From Oligoflexia bacterium (lineage in GTDB: Bacteria; Bdellovibrionota; UBA1018), in contig CAIYTD010000139.1 in NCBI GenBank assembly GCA_903928955.1, positions 1-28,947 of the forward strand: a stretch of 28,947 nt of DNA, written 5' to 3'. The notes beneath the pieces were generated by a model that was not told the origin of the DNA, searched no databases, and saw only the letters and a list, made by a program, of their open reading frames with translations. Position numbers and translations under genes: made by a program. Of this stretch, positions 16,984-25,767 are shown one piece after another. How positions within the stretch are numbered: position 1 is the first letter of the stretch; each line of letters begins with the position of its first letter.

Positions 16984-19900
16984 CTAATGCTGCGTCTCAG
17001 AAAGACTTCGTCGCACAATTTTTAAAAAATTTTCAAAATCTTCACTCACTCCATAGCGACTGAAGGTCTCTAAAAGTTGATTAAAAGCAACAGGATTTCT
17101 TCCCATCAGCGATAACCACTGGTCTACGCTTCCCTCAGACAGAAGGTGAGATCCAAAAAGTCGAATTTTTTTAGCTAGAGGAGTTTCAACCGGACTCAAA
17201 ACCCTTCCTGGCTCATCCGGTCGCTCTTCTAAGAGACGAAGAATGGGGCGTAACGCAGCGTACCATTTTGGCTTAAATTCCAAATAGTCAGGATCTTTCA
17301 TCAGCAGTTCGATACGACTCTGAAATTCACGAAAAGCCTGTTTGACCTCATCCACCTCATAAATGTTCTTTAAAATCTCAACACCATTTTTTAGACGATG
17401 TGAACCCGGCCTACCAGACTGATCTAAAAGAAATTTTCGTATAAAGGTGCCGATTCTTTTACGGCGCTCCTCATCTGGATTTTCATAGAGAGTTCTAAAA
17501 AAAGCAGGAACGGCTGAAGAAGAAAACAAATCTTTTAGCAAATCAGCATTCTGAGTAAAAAAAGGACGGTTTTCTTCTAAAACTTGACTCAAACGCCCTA
17601 CCCCTAATTCCAGAACACTGTCATCCGAACCCATCTGATTGAAACTTGCCAAAGAATAAAAACTCAGTTGTTTGAGCCTCCATAAACTTTCAGGAGTTCC
17701 ATTTGAGCCCATCTGGTCAAAAACTTGCTTCAGAACATTCCAAAATAACTCAAAATGAGGTTCAGCCATCGATGGCGCGGTAACTAAGACTGTCATGAGT
17801 TTTTGAGTCTCAACCGAGCCACCTAGGTGAACGAGAGCATTAAAAAAATCAACGACCTCTTTATCATTCGGATCGATAGACCGCCCTACCTGAGAAAGCG
17901 CCTTCATCGCACCCATTCCAACAGCATTGGCTAGTGCATTCAGATTATTTTTAGGAGTGGAATAATAAATTGAAAAAAATAAATCGCGAAACACCGCTAA
18001 CTTAGGAGGTTCGCCTAGAGTGCCTGGCTTTGCTGCGCTCCTCATCGACTCTTTTGTTTGATGCATATTCCAAAGCCGCTGTTGGATTTCTTTTCGTTGA
18101 CGCCCAACTATTATTCCCGCCACCTTTGGCCACCCTTTATTAGCAGGAGGATCAGGAAAATCAGGCACAGGCCGATAACAATCAGGCAGCGCTGGCAAAC
18201 CTATCATATCAGTGAGATAATCCAAATTAGCGGTAAGACTAGGAATATTAAAACTCCATCGACGGTTTAAAATATCCTCCACTGCTTCTAGCAGTTTCAA
18301 AGGCCTCGATTTTAGAGTAACAGAATCTGTTTCCGTTCGAATCGATTTTCCAGAAACTCCCTGCTTAATTTCCTGAGGCCAAAGTTCCTCCGGAAGATCT
18401 CCCCAAGCTTCTCCGAGCTCCTGCCAAAAATCTAATACGAGATCTGAGTAAGAAGGGGAAGTAAAATGACTGGCCCAGGAGATCTTTGCAAGCCTACCTA
18501 AAAGATTATCCAATACAACATGAGGCAATTCCTCCAATTGATCCGCTGGTACCTTGGGATAGAGACCTTTAAAAACAAAAATGGGCTCGTAATCGATGGA
18601 AACAGCATGAAGCCAAACAGCAAGATCTTTTGGAGTACCATGAGCTTGAGCTGTAAAAGGCTGTCCAGGCTCCAGAGAATAAAATCTAAAAAAATCAGTA
18701 ATACCCTCTATTAAGGACCTATCCAGGTCACTCCCAGAGCTTTGGTGCATTCTCTCCAGAATAGGATTTATCCAAGGCTTCAAGTCATCGATCTGCCAGC
18801 TTTGCCGAGAAGCCTTAGTATGCGAAACAGGATCCAACACTAACTCATGGTCAGTCAAAGCATTTCTTGCCTCTTCGATAACTCTATTCACATCCGTTGG
18901 ATCAGTCGAACATTCCTTATGTTCTACCCACAACTGAATCTGATCGCGGTGCTTGGTAAAATCATATCCTCCCAAAGGTGCTTCGAATGGATAAGAAGTC
19001 CCTGACAGATCATCGAGATCTGCTAATAACTTTGGGAATTCCTCTGAGCGGATGACTTCAGCGCCATAATTTTGCAATTCGCGCAAATCCACCCGAGATT
19101 CACTCTGCATTAAATGGCTCACGACCTGAAACAGTGGCTCTAAAAATGGGGTAGGAAGCGGAGGTGCCTGAGTACTTCCCTCCATCCAATAAGAAAAACC
19201 TTTTAAAATGTCTTTAAATCGATTCTGGTCGAAGGAATGAATCCAAGCATCCGTGAGATATTGAATCTCTTCTCTCTGAAAAGATCTTTCAGGAGAATTC
19301 GGATCGCTAAAAAAATCCTTAAATATTTTTAATTGGTATTTAAAGAAATCTTGAGGAGGAGTTTCATCTGTTTTTGCATTTTTTATGAGAAAAGAGAGAT
19401 CTCGAATCAAATGCGTATGAGTGCTATCGCTCCCTAAACAGGCCAAAAATTCATCTAAACGTTTTTCGTAATCTGCAGGACTTGCGAGGGGATCGAGCGA
19501 AAGTTTTAAATTCAATAAACCACAGTTGCCATCCACCTTGTAGTCTTCTGCCTCAGCAGACGCAATCTCATAAGTAGGCAATCCGTCGTGCGTAAGAGAA
19601 TGCTGAGTTTTTAAAATCAAATCAGGAGGATGCAGTTCTTTTATTCGAATACTTTTTCTTTCACCTTCGCTAATAAAATGATCGCATAGTCCTAAGATAG
19701 CTCCCACTAATTCATTCATCTGACCGTTTTGAGCCAGAATTGACATTTTACGAACTGCAAGCTTGAACTCCGGCATTTCAGATATTTCAAAAAAAGTATG
19801 AAAAAGTTCACCTCGTTCCGTGGCGTGACTCATCAGCGATTGAGCTAAAGAAAGGATAGGATGAACATTATTCGCCAAGTAAGCCTGCCTAAGAGTAACG

Positions 19901-21552
19901 AGGGACTCTTTTAAAAAATCATCTTTTAAATCAATGTACCGCTGGAGGCTCATTACAAAAGTAAATAAATGCTTAATATCGGTCTGAGAGACTGCGTGCA
20001 TCAAAACATCTGAAACAGTTCTGAGAGGTGATTCAGGTAAGGACTGAATGAAAAATTTAACCAGTTCCTCTATCCATTTCCGATCGTCTGCGTCTCCCAA
20101 AGTGAATACTAAAAAAAGGTCTGTCCAGATTTTTCTTTCCGTCAGCTCTTGAAAGACGGGAATTAAACCAAGAATCCCTCCTCCATTTGCTTCCCGATCA
20201 GTCAAAGTTTGAATCAAAAGGTGTATCCAAGGATAACTTTTATCACCGAACGAGCTCTGCCCGCTATCTCCAGTAACGGATTGCTTCCAAAACGTTTGAA
20301 TCATCTCAGCCAGGGGCTGCATCACTGAGAGAAATGGAGCCCCTGCCTGAGCAGAACTATCTACAATGCGAAGCTTTGCGAAACCTCCTAAAACGGGAAA
20401 ACTCTCAGTCAATTCCACTGGAAACGCACTACAAAAAGGAGACAATGCAAGAAGTGTTAATGGCCCCTGACGAAGAACATAGTTGGCTGCACTCGAACCC
20501 TTTGGAAGCTCCCCAATCTGCTGCATTAAATACAAATTGACATCATCAATGCGTTGAGTTTCATTCACGCAGTGAATCTGAACTCCAGGCTGCTTAAGCC
20601 GATAAAATACATCAGATAAACTTTCAAATTGCGTTTGACCTGGATGATCCTGGTCAGGTTGAAAAAGAGCTGTCATCAATGCAGATTGCAAAGGTATCTT
20701 TTGTTTATTAAGCGCTTCATCTTTCCCAAAAATTTCATCTATCAAAGTAAAAAAATGATTTTCAGGTCGTCTCAGCCACGCCACAAGAGGACTACTCTCG
20801 GATATCTTCGAAGCATTTAAAAAATGAAGCTGAACATACTGATGTATTCTTGCAGTGAGATCTTCAAGAGTAGGTCCCGAATCTTTTACTTTCTTAAAAT
20901 CTCTCAATAAATCTTGATAGGCGCGATGACCTAAAACCTTAATCCCAAACTCAAGAGCTTTTGAGACAGAAGTCGGCTCGATTGCATTACCCGCCATCTC
21001 AATCACTTTTAGAATTTCCTGATTTTGAACCGGCTCCTGAGCCTGATTTTTTATAAAATAGCTCTCTTTAAAAAGGGCTATTCCACTTGCTATGAAGTCT
21101 TCATTTTTTAAAAATTCGCCTAGTTTTTTAAAAACAGAATCAGCAATTCCTCGATTGACTAAAGTTTGATGTGTTTTTTTAAGATGATAGAGAAGCACTT
21201 GGTCATTTAAAAAATGAGTATTTAATACTTCCACTAATGGCTGCAAACGTTTATCCGAAAGCTTTTCGAATAAATCAACAAATTCTTGAATAGCACCGTA
21301 AGTATTTAAACATTGAATAGTTGCCCGAAACGTTTTAACGTCAATATGAGAAGTTTTTAGATCAATCTTTGAACACTCTCCATTAATAGGCCGATAATTT
21401 GTTTGATCAAGGACACTTTGATCCGGTCCGCCCCATAAAGAGCAGCCCGCTGCAAAGAAAATCAGACTCAGTGCGGCTAAGGAGATCCTAAAACTCAAAT
21501 GAAAAAGTCTTTTTAGTAAAAACAGGGTATAAAATAGTTTTTGCAAAGACAC
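16984..21552 (-). CDS. Very large (about 1500 aa) hypothetical lipoprotein, predicted mostly helical
   Basis: A 1522-codon open frame. A hydrophobic stretch ends in a lipobox (LSLIFF-AAG|C). The start could be GTG 21552 or TTG 21498, the latter giving a 19-residue signal ending at the Cys. Leu/Phe-rich amphipathic pattern; no catalytic motif recognised. Confidence 0.85.
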   Translation of the reverse strand: MSLQKLFYTLFLLKRLFHLSFRISLAALSLIFFAAGCSLWGGPDQSVLDQTNYRPINGECSKIDLKTSHIDVKTFRATIQCLNTYGAIQEFVDLFEKLSDKRLQPLVEVLNTHFLNDQVLLYHLKKTHQTLVNRGIADSVFKKLGEFLKNEDFIASGIALFKESYFIKNQAQEPVQNQEILKVIEMAGNAIEPTSVSKALEFGIKVLGHRAYQDLLRDFKKVKDSGPTLEDLTARIHQYVQLHFLNASKISESSPLVAWLRRPENHFFTLIDEIFGKDEALNKQKIPLQSALMTALFQPDQDHPGQTQFESLSDVFYRLKQPGVQIHCVNETQRIDDVNLYLMQQIGELPKGSSAANYVLRQGPLTLLALSPFCSAFPVELTESFPVLGGFAKLRIVDSSAQAGAPFLSVMQPLAEMIQTFWKQSVTGDSGQSSFGDKSYPWIHLLIQTLTDREANGGGILGLIPVFQELTERKIWTDLFLVFTLGDADDRKWIEELVKFFIQSLPESPLRTVSDVLMHAVSQTDIKHLFTFVMSLQRYIDLKDDFLKESLVTLRQAYLANNVHPILSLAQSLMSHATERGELFHTFFEISEMPEFKLAVRKMSILAQNGQMNELVGAILGLCDHFISEGERKSIRIKELHPPDLILKTQHSLTHDGLPTYEIASAEAEDYKVDGNCGLLNLKLSLDPLASPADYEKRLDEFLACLGSDSTHTHLIRDLSFLIKNAKTDETPPQDFFKYQLKIFKDFFSDPNSPERSFQREEIQYLTDAWIHSFDQNRFKDILKGFSYWMEGSTQAPPLPTPFLEPLFQVVSHLMQSESRVDLRELQNYGAEVIRSEEFPKLLADLDDLSGTSYPFEAPLGGYDFTKHRDQIQLWVEHKECSTDPTDVNRVIEEARNALTDHELVLDPVSHTKASRQSWQIDDLKPWINPILERMHQSSGSDLDRSLIEGITDFFRFYSLEPGQPFTAQAHGTPKDLAVWLHAVSIDYEPIFVFKGLYPKVPADQLEELPHVVLDNLLGRLAKISWASHFTSPSYSDLVLDFWQELGEAWGDLPEELWPQEIKQGVSGKSIRTETDSVTLKSRPLKLLEAVEDILNRRWSFNIPSLTANLDYLTDMIGLPALPDCYRPVPDFPDPPANKGWPKVAGIIVGRQRKEIQQRLWNMHQTKESMRSAAKPGTLGEPPKLAVFRDLFFSIYYSTPKNNLNALANAVGMGAMKALSQVGRSIDPNDKEVVDFFNALVHLGGSVETQKLMTVLVTAPSMAEPHFELFWNVLKQVFDQMGSNGTPESLWRLKQLSFYSLASFNQMGSDDSVLELGVGRLSQVLEENRPFFTQNADLLKDLFSSSAVPAFFRTLYENPDEERRKRIGTFIRKFLLDQSGRPGSHRLKNGVEILKNIYEVDEVKQAFREFQSRIELLMKDPDYLEFKPKWYAALRPILRLLEERPDEPGRVLSPVETPLAKKIRLFGSHLLSEGSVDQWLSLMGRNPVAFNQLLETFSRYGVSEDFENFLKIVRRSLSETQH

Positions 21553-21610
21553 ACTATTATCTGCTAGCAGAATAGATCGTTTGAGTCAAATGAGCCAGGA
21601 GATCCAAAAA

Positions 21611-21932
21611 ATGAGTAAAAAAATGTAACAAATCTTACAGCAAGCCAAAATGGCATTTAAAATCCTTGAAACCATTGAAAAAGAAAGTTTAGCCCAGGCG
21701 CGTGATTTCATAAAAATGGCAACTTCTGAAGATCGAAAAAAAAAAGACAAATGAAAAAATTCTTTCTAGCCTGCGTAGATTGGGAGTGGCGACCCAAAGT
21801 GAATTAGAAGATCTCCAAAATAAAATTCAAAAACTCGAATCTAGAATTCAACAAAAAAAACTCAATGATCATCCCCTTTATCAGGACGAAACGGGACCAG
21901 AGGCGATCCTGCAGAATCACGAGCAAGATTAG
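21611..21932 (+). pseudogene. Interrupted or recoded small coiled-coil ORF, phasin (PhaF/PhaI)- or UbiK-like; not in the ORF track
   Basis: AGGAG at 21597-21601, then ATG 21611 MSKKM*, continuing in frame QILQQAKMAFKILETIEKESLAQARDFIKMATSEDRKKK. An A10 run at 21736-21745 follows. The +1 frame then reads TNEKILSSLRRLGVATQSELEDLQNKIQKLESRIQQKK...EQD* (TAG 21930-21932). Family resemblance is by eye only. Confidence 0.5.
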
Positions 21933-23352
21933 CAAATAAAGTATACTCAGGAAGCCAAGCTAAGCGAATCGTATCTGTTTCACCCGCTCTATGTTTTGCG
22001 ACTATGAGTTCAGCAATTCCCTTATCCTCGCTGTCTTTATTATAAACTTCATCTCTGTAAATAAAACAAACCATATCTGCGTCTTGTTCAATCGCGCCCG
22101 ATTCTCTCAAATCAGAAAGCATAGGACGTTTATTGGGCCGACTTTCAACACCCCGATTCAACTGAGAAAGTGCAATAATGGGCACTTTGGCTTCTTTAGC
22201 AAGACTTTTTAAATTTCGACTAATCTCCGAAATTTCTCTTTCTCGAGAACCATCCCCCCTCAATGAAGCCTTAGACCCCTTCATCAATTGAAGATAATCC
22301 ACTACAATCATATCCAATTTTTTTTCTGTTGAAATGAGTCTTCGGCATCTTGCGCGAATATCCATGACAGTCAGATCACCTGAATCATCGATAAAAATTT
22401 TTGATTTAGAAAGTTGATCCGCTGCTTGAGCCAACCGGGGCCAATCTCGATCTGCAAGACGCCCTATTTTTAATTTCTTTGCATCAATTCGCGTCATTCC
22501 CGAAAGAAATCGAAAACCTAGCTCTTCCTTTGACATTTCAAGCGAAAAAATCGCAACAACACCCTTGCCTGACATAGCAATATTTTGAGCCATAGAAAGG
22601 AATAAACTCGTCTTTCCCATAGCGGGTCGCGCAGCAATAATGACTAACTGCCCAGCCCGTAAACCACTCGTCAAGCGATCAAAATCATGAAATCCTGTTC
22701 CAAGACCAATAACGTCCGCTCGCTTCTGAGAAAGCTCCTCAATCGAATGCATATTTTGAACGAGAATCTCTTGCATGCTGGAAAAAGATTTAGTCAGCTT
22801 AGCATCAGAAACAGCAAAGACTCTTCTTTCCGCCTCATCTAAATACGCTTCAGTATCCTCCACCCCATCATAAGCTTCTGAAGCAATTTCAGCAGCAGTT
22901 TGAATCATTCGCCTCAAAATTGCCTTGTCACGAACAATTCGAGCATAATGCAGGACATTTCCAACAGCAAAAGTATCCTCAAAAAGACTTGTTAGGGCAG
23001 TAGCACCTCCCACCCTCTCAAAGGTTCCTCGGTCTCTCAAAGTCGTTGTCATGGTAACGAGATCGACTGGCTCTCCTCTTTGAGAAAGAGCTAAAGCAAC
23101 ATCAAAAATTTTCTGATGTGATTCTCTATAAAAATCACGAGCCTCAAGACCCACCTCGAGAACTCGGTGAATAGACTCATTATTGAGGAGAATAGCGCCT
23201 AATACTGATCGCTCCGCTTCAGCATGATGGGGAGGAATGCGGCCTCCAGGCAAAGAGGCATTTTGGATACCTGTTGATGGAGACAGATCTTTCTGCCCAT
23301 ACAAAATACGTTCTTCTTCATGAGGTGGCTGCAAGCTATCTCCCCCAAACAT
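21862..23352 (-). CDS. dnaB: Replicative DNA helicase DnaB
   Basis: Motifs RIPPHHAEAERSVLGAIL, GTGFHDFDRLTSGL, Walker A ARPAMGKT, FSLEMS, VVDYLQLM, SQLNRGVESR and DLRESGAIEQDAD. 496 aa, no intein. Confidence 0.98.
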   Translation of the reverse strand: MFGGDSLQPPHEEERILYGQKDLSPSTGIQNASLPGGRIPPHHAEAERSVLGAILLNNESIHRVLEVGLEARDFYRESHQKIFDVALALSQRGEPVDLVTMTTTLRDRGTFERVGGATALTSLFEDTFAVGNVLHYARIVRDKAILRRMIQTAAEIASEAYDGVEDTEAYLDEAERRVFAVSDAKLTKSFSSMQEILVQNMHSIEELSQKRADVIGLGTGFHDFDRLTSGLRAGQLVIIAARPAMGKTSLFLSMAQNIAMSGKGVVAIFSLEMSKEELGFRFLSGMTRIDAKKLKIGRLADRDWPRLAQAADQLSKSKIFIDDSGDLTVMDIRARCRRLISTEKKLDMIVVDYLQLMKGSKASLRGDGSREREISEISRNLKSLAKEAKVPIIALSQLNRGVESRPNKRPMLSDLRESGAIEQDADMVCFIYRDEVYNKDSEDKGIAELIVAKHRAGETDTIRLAWLPEYTLFANLARDSAGSPLVPFRPDKGDDH

Positions 23353-23358
23353 GAACTT

Positions 23359-23805
23359 CTATTCCTCTTTGACGACCCAAACTTTTAACGTCGCAACTAC
23401 TTCGCCCTCAAGCTTCACAGTCACAGGATGAACACCCAGAGTCTTAATCGTAGATCCCAAAGAGATGGATTTTTTATCTATTAAAAAACCGGCTTTCTTG
23501 AGCGCGTCAGAAATATCACCAGAAGTCACAGAACCGAAAAGCTTATCGTGCTCTCCAACTTTCCGAGCAATCGTACAAGAAAAAGCCTCTAATTTCTGGG
23601 CAACTGCCTGGGAAGCCGCTTTTTGAGCGGATTTCATCTTTTCCAACACACGTTTGTGATGCTCAATTGCAGCAACATTTGTTTCGTCGGCAGCAACGAC
23701 TAAGTGTCTGGGAAGTAGAAAATTTCTAGCATATCCATTAGACACTTTCACTACATCACCAGTACTACCAAGATTCTCAATATTTTCACGTAAAATAACC
23801 AGCAT
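23359..23805 (-). CDS. rplI: 50S ribosomal protein L9
   Basis: 148 aa with LGSTGDVVKVSNGYARNFLLP, KLFGSVT and IKTLGVH. Confidence 0.97.
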   Translation of the reverse strand: MLVILRENIENLGSTGDVVKVSNGYARNFLLPRHLVVAADETNVAAIEHHKRVLEKMKSAQKAASQAVAQKLEAFSCTIARKVGEHDKLFGSVTSGDISDALKKAGFLIDKKSISLGSTIKTLGVHPVTVKLEGEVVATLKVWVVKEE

Positions 23806-23838
23806 GGTTCAATCCTTCCAATTCAAACTTAAGTAAAA

Positions 23839-24786
23839 CTACGATTGCCTGAACTTCGATCGAAAGTCAAACCACAGGTCGAAGAAGCCCAGACATAGCA
23901 CGAGAGGCATCATTAAAAACACAGATATAATAAAACCAACCCAACGCAAAAAACCGCGAACAGCCCAAAGATCTAAAAAATAACTCAAAATACTCAATCC
24001 CTGAATGGCGTAAATAGCCATTAGAAATCTAAAAACATTAATCGCAATCTCTGATACAAAACCAAAATCAATCACTAGAAAAAAACCAACAAATAAAGTA
24101 GGCCATATGAGAAACTCTGGAGCTTTCCAATGTTTCAAATAACCTGCATCTAACCCTAAGTGCTCTCTAATCCCACAAGGATTCATTCTCAATACAGCCA
24201 CTAAATTAATCCAAACTAAAAACAAAGCACAGTTAGCCATAAAAGCAGGCAATATAACCAGCATTTCATGCTTGTTTTCAGCTAAATCAGTCGAACTAAA
24301 AAGTCCTGAATGAGGCGGAATAGACTGAATCATCAAATCTGCAAAATGAGAGATTCGATCATAAAATTCCAAAATAGGATTTACATGGTGAACCTGAGAA
24401 TAAATCAAGCCTCCTACTACAGAAGCAAGAATCATTGCTCCCAAACTTAAAAGAACAGCTTTTTCAATCGACTTTTTTCTCTTAAGCGCTTCTGCAAGAG
24501 GAATGGAAAGAGACAAAACCAAAACAAAATAAAAAATAACGCCTATTGCACCCTCTGCAAGAGCCACAATAACAGTATTGGTGATTGCTGCCAAGACCGT
24601 TAATTTTCTGCCCTTTTGAAGATAACAAAAAAGAATAGGCAAGGCAGCAAAAAGAGCAAAAAACCCACTTAAGAAAAAAAAGGCACTTAAGAAAAAGGGA
24701 ACAGCAGCCATCCACCCAGGGGATGGCTGCGAAGAATCGGGGCGATGAGTAGGATCTTCTGACCCTATGCTTGCTGCTAAAGGCAC
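23839..24786 (-). CDS. DUF2232/YybS-family polytopic membrane protein
   Basis: 315 aa with about 8 hydrophobic segments, plus W(K)APEFLIWP, QGLSIL and LGFFDLWFDFR. Sits in the family's usual position between rpsR and rplI. Confidence 0.85.
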   Translation of the reverse strand: MPLAASIGSEDPTHRPDSSQPSPGWMAAVPFFLSAFFFLSGFFALFAALPILFCYLQKGRKLTVLAAITNTVIVALAEGAIGVIFYFVLVLSLSIPLAEALKRKKSIEKAVLLSLGAMILASVVGGLIYSQVHHVNPILEFYDRISHFADLMIQSIPPHSGLFSSTDLAENKHEMLVILPAFMANCALFLVWINLVAVLRMNPCGIREHLGLDAGYLKHWKAPEFLIWPTLFVGFFLVIDFGFVSEIAINVFRFLMAIYAIQGLSILSYFLDLWAVRGFLRWVGFIISVFLMMPLVLCLGFFDLWFDFRSKFRQS

Positions 24787-24816
24787 TCCTTCTACTCCCT
24801 CAGATCCATTCTAGAA

Positions 24817-25146
24817 TTAGGTGCCCATTGAAACATAGCCAACGAGAGCTAGGTTCCGAGCTCGTTTTACTGCAGTGGTTAACTGCCGTTGATGAAGTGC
24901 ACAATTACCAGAAATACGTCGAGGTACAATTTTCCCGTGCTCGGTAACAAAAGATTGCATCATACGAACATCTTTGTAATCTAAAGCAAAGTCTTGATCC
25001 GAGCAAAACCGACATATTTTTTTACGATGAAAACTGCTTCCACCCCGGCGCCCTCGCTCATCGCCATCCTTATCCATTCCACGATCATCTCGATTCGAAC
25101 GATCTGATCGTTCCCGCATTTCTGATTTTAAATTTGTTGTGGCCAT
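24817..25146 (-). CDS. rpsR: 30S ribosomal protein S18 (Zn-binding C+ form, N-terminal extension)
   Basis: Motifs [45 protein letters not shown]. Confidence 0.97.
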   Translation of the reverse strand: MATTNLKSEMRERSDRSNRDDRGMDKDGDERGRRGGSSFHRKKICRFCSDQDFALDYKDVRMMQSFVTEHGKIVPRRISGNCALHQRQLTTAVKRARNLALVGYVSMGT

Positions 25147-25170
25147 GAAATTCTCCTTTTATACTCTCAA

Positions 25171-25683
25171 TTATTCTTCGTCTATTTCAGCTACACTGAG
25201 AGCAGCGTCTTCAGTTTCATCCATGTCATGACGTCGATAATCTCCGCGATCATCTCCAAACGCTCGACGTTCAGCATTTCTCTCTTCTCTACGAGCTTCA
25301 CGCTCTTCTTCTCTTCGCTTCGCAGCAGCATGAAAATCAGATCGCTCTTTTCGAAACTGTGGAGCATCAAACTCTTTCTCTAAATTAACACTTAAAAAGC
25401 GCAGAACTTGGTCATTCAGGCGAAGATTCCGCTCGACTTCATGAACGATATCTCCCTTTCCTGTATAAACAAGATAAGTATAGTGCCCACGATTTTCTTT
25501 CGTAATAGGATACGCAAGCTTTCTTTTACCCCAATCTTCAGTCAATACTACTTCACCCTGAAAAGTGGAAATCACTTGAGCTAAACGATCTTGTAGAGCT
25601 TTTAAACTCTCATCTGAAAGTTCTGAGCGCGTAATAAAAGTAGTTTCGTATCCTGAAAGGACTGCAGAAGCTGTATTTGCCAT
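25171..25683 (-). CDS. rpsF: 30S ribosomal protein S6 with a long charged C-terminal tail
   Basis: Motifs YETTFI, EDWGKRKLAYPI, GHY, ERNLRLNDQVLRFL. RBS AAGGAGG at 25688-25694. Confidence 0.96.
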   Translation of the reverse strand: MANTASAVLSGYETTFITRSELSDESLKALQDRLAQVISTFQGEVVLTEDWGKRKLAYPITKENRGHYTYLVYTGKGDIVHEVERNLRLNDQVLRFLSVNLEKEFDAPQFRKERSDFHAAAKRREEEREARREERNAERRAFGDDRGDYRRHDMDETEDAALSVAEIDEE

Positions 25684-25762
25684 AATTCCTCCTTATGGAT
25701 GATGGACTTAGTCCAAAAGCCCGGAACTTCTATTTTGAGTTCTGAGCAAGGGAGCAAGGTTT
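25684..25762 (-). promoter_or_regulatory. Candidate S6:S18-binding rpsF leader RNA
   Basis: The minus strand reads CUUGCUCCCUU-GCUCAGAACU[CAAAAUAGA]AGUUCCGGGC...AAGGAGG-AAUU-AUG. It contains an anti-SD-like CUCCCUU (25748-25754), a hairpin, a CCG (25722-25724) and the SD. This is the architecture of the known rpsF leader. Folded by eye, not computed. Confidence 0.6.
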
Positions 25763-25767
25763 AAGGC

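Noticed and set aside
21862-23352. Possible intein or defect in DnaB (KHRAG in place of the usual KQRNG/KHRNG)
   Set aside because: The length is normal for an intein-free DnaB and the Lys/Arg of the motif are retained.
23782-23797. parS-like near-palindrome ATTTTCACGTAAAATA at the start of rplI
   Set aside because: It has four mismatches to TGTTTCACGTGAAACA, is a single copy inside a coding region, and there is no ParB in the window.
688-24715. Many 60-90 aa ORFs in the track (e.g. 688-945, 1032-1241, 1709-1978, 4661-4867, 7498-7680, 8171-8570, 9289-9480, 10767-10976, 12117-12299, 14741-14938, 16139-17025, 18058-20820, 21991-22212, 24482-24715)
   Set aside because: All are nested in or antisense to motif-supported genes, with no recognisable domains. 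They fit chance shadow frames.
24817-25683. No ssb or priB between rpsF and rpsR
   Set aside because: rpsF-rpsR-DUF2232-rplI-dnaB without ssb is a common arrangement, so this is not unusual.
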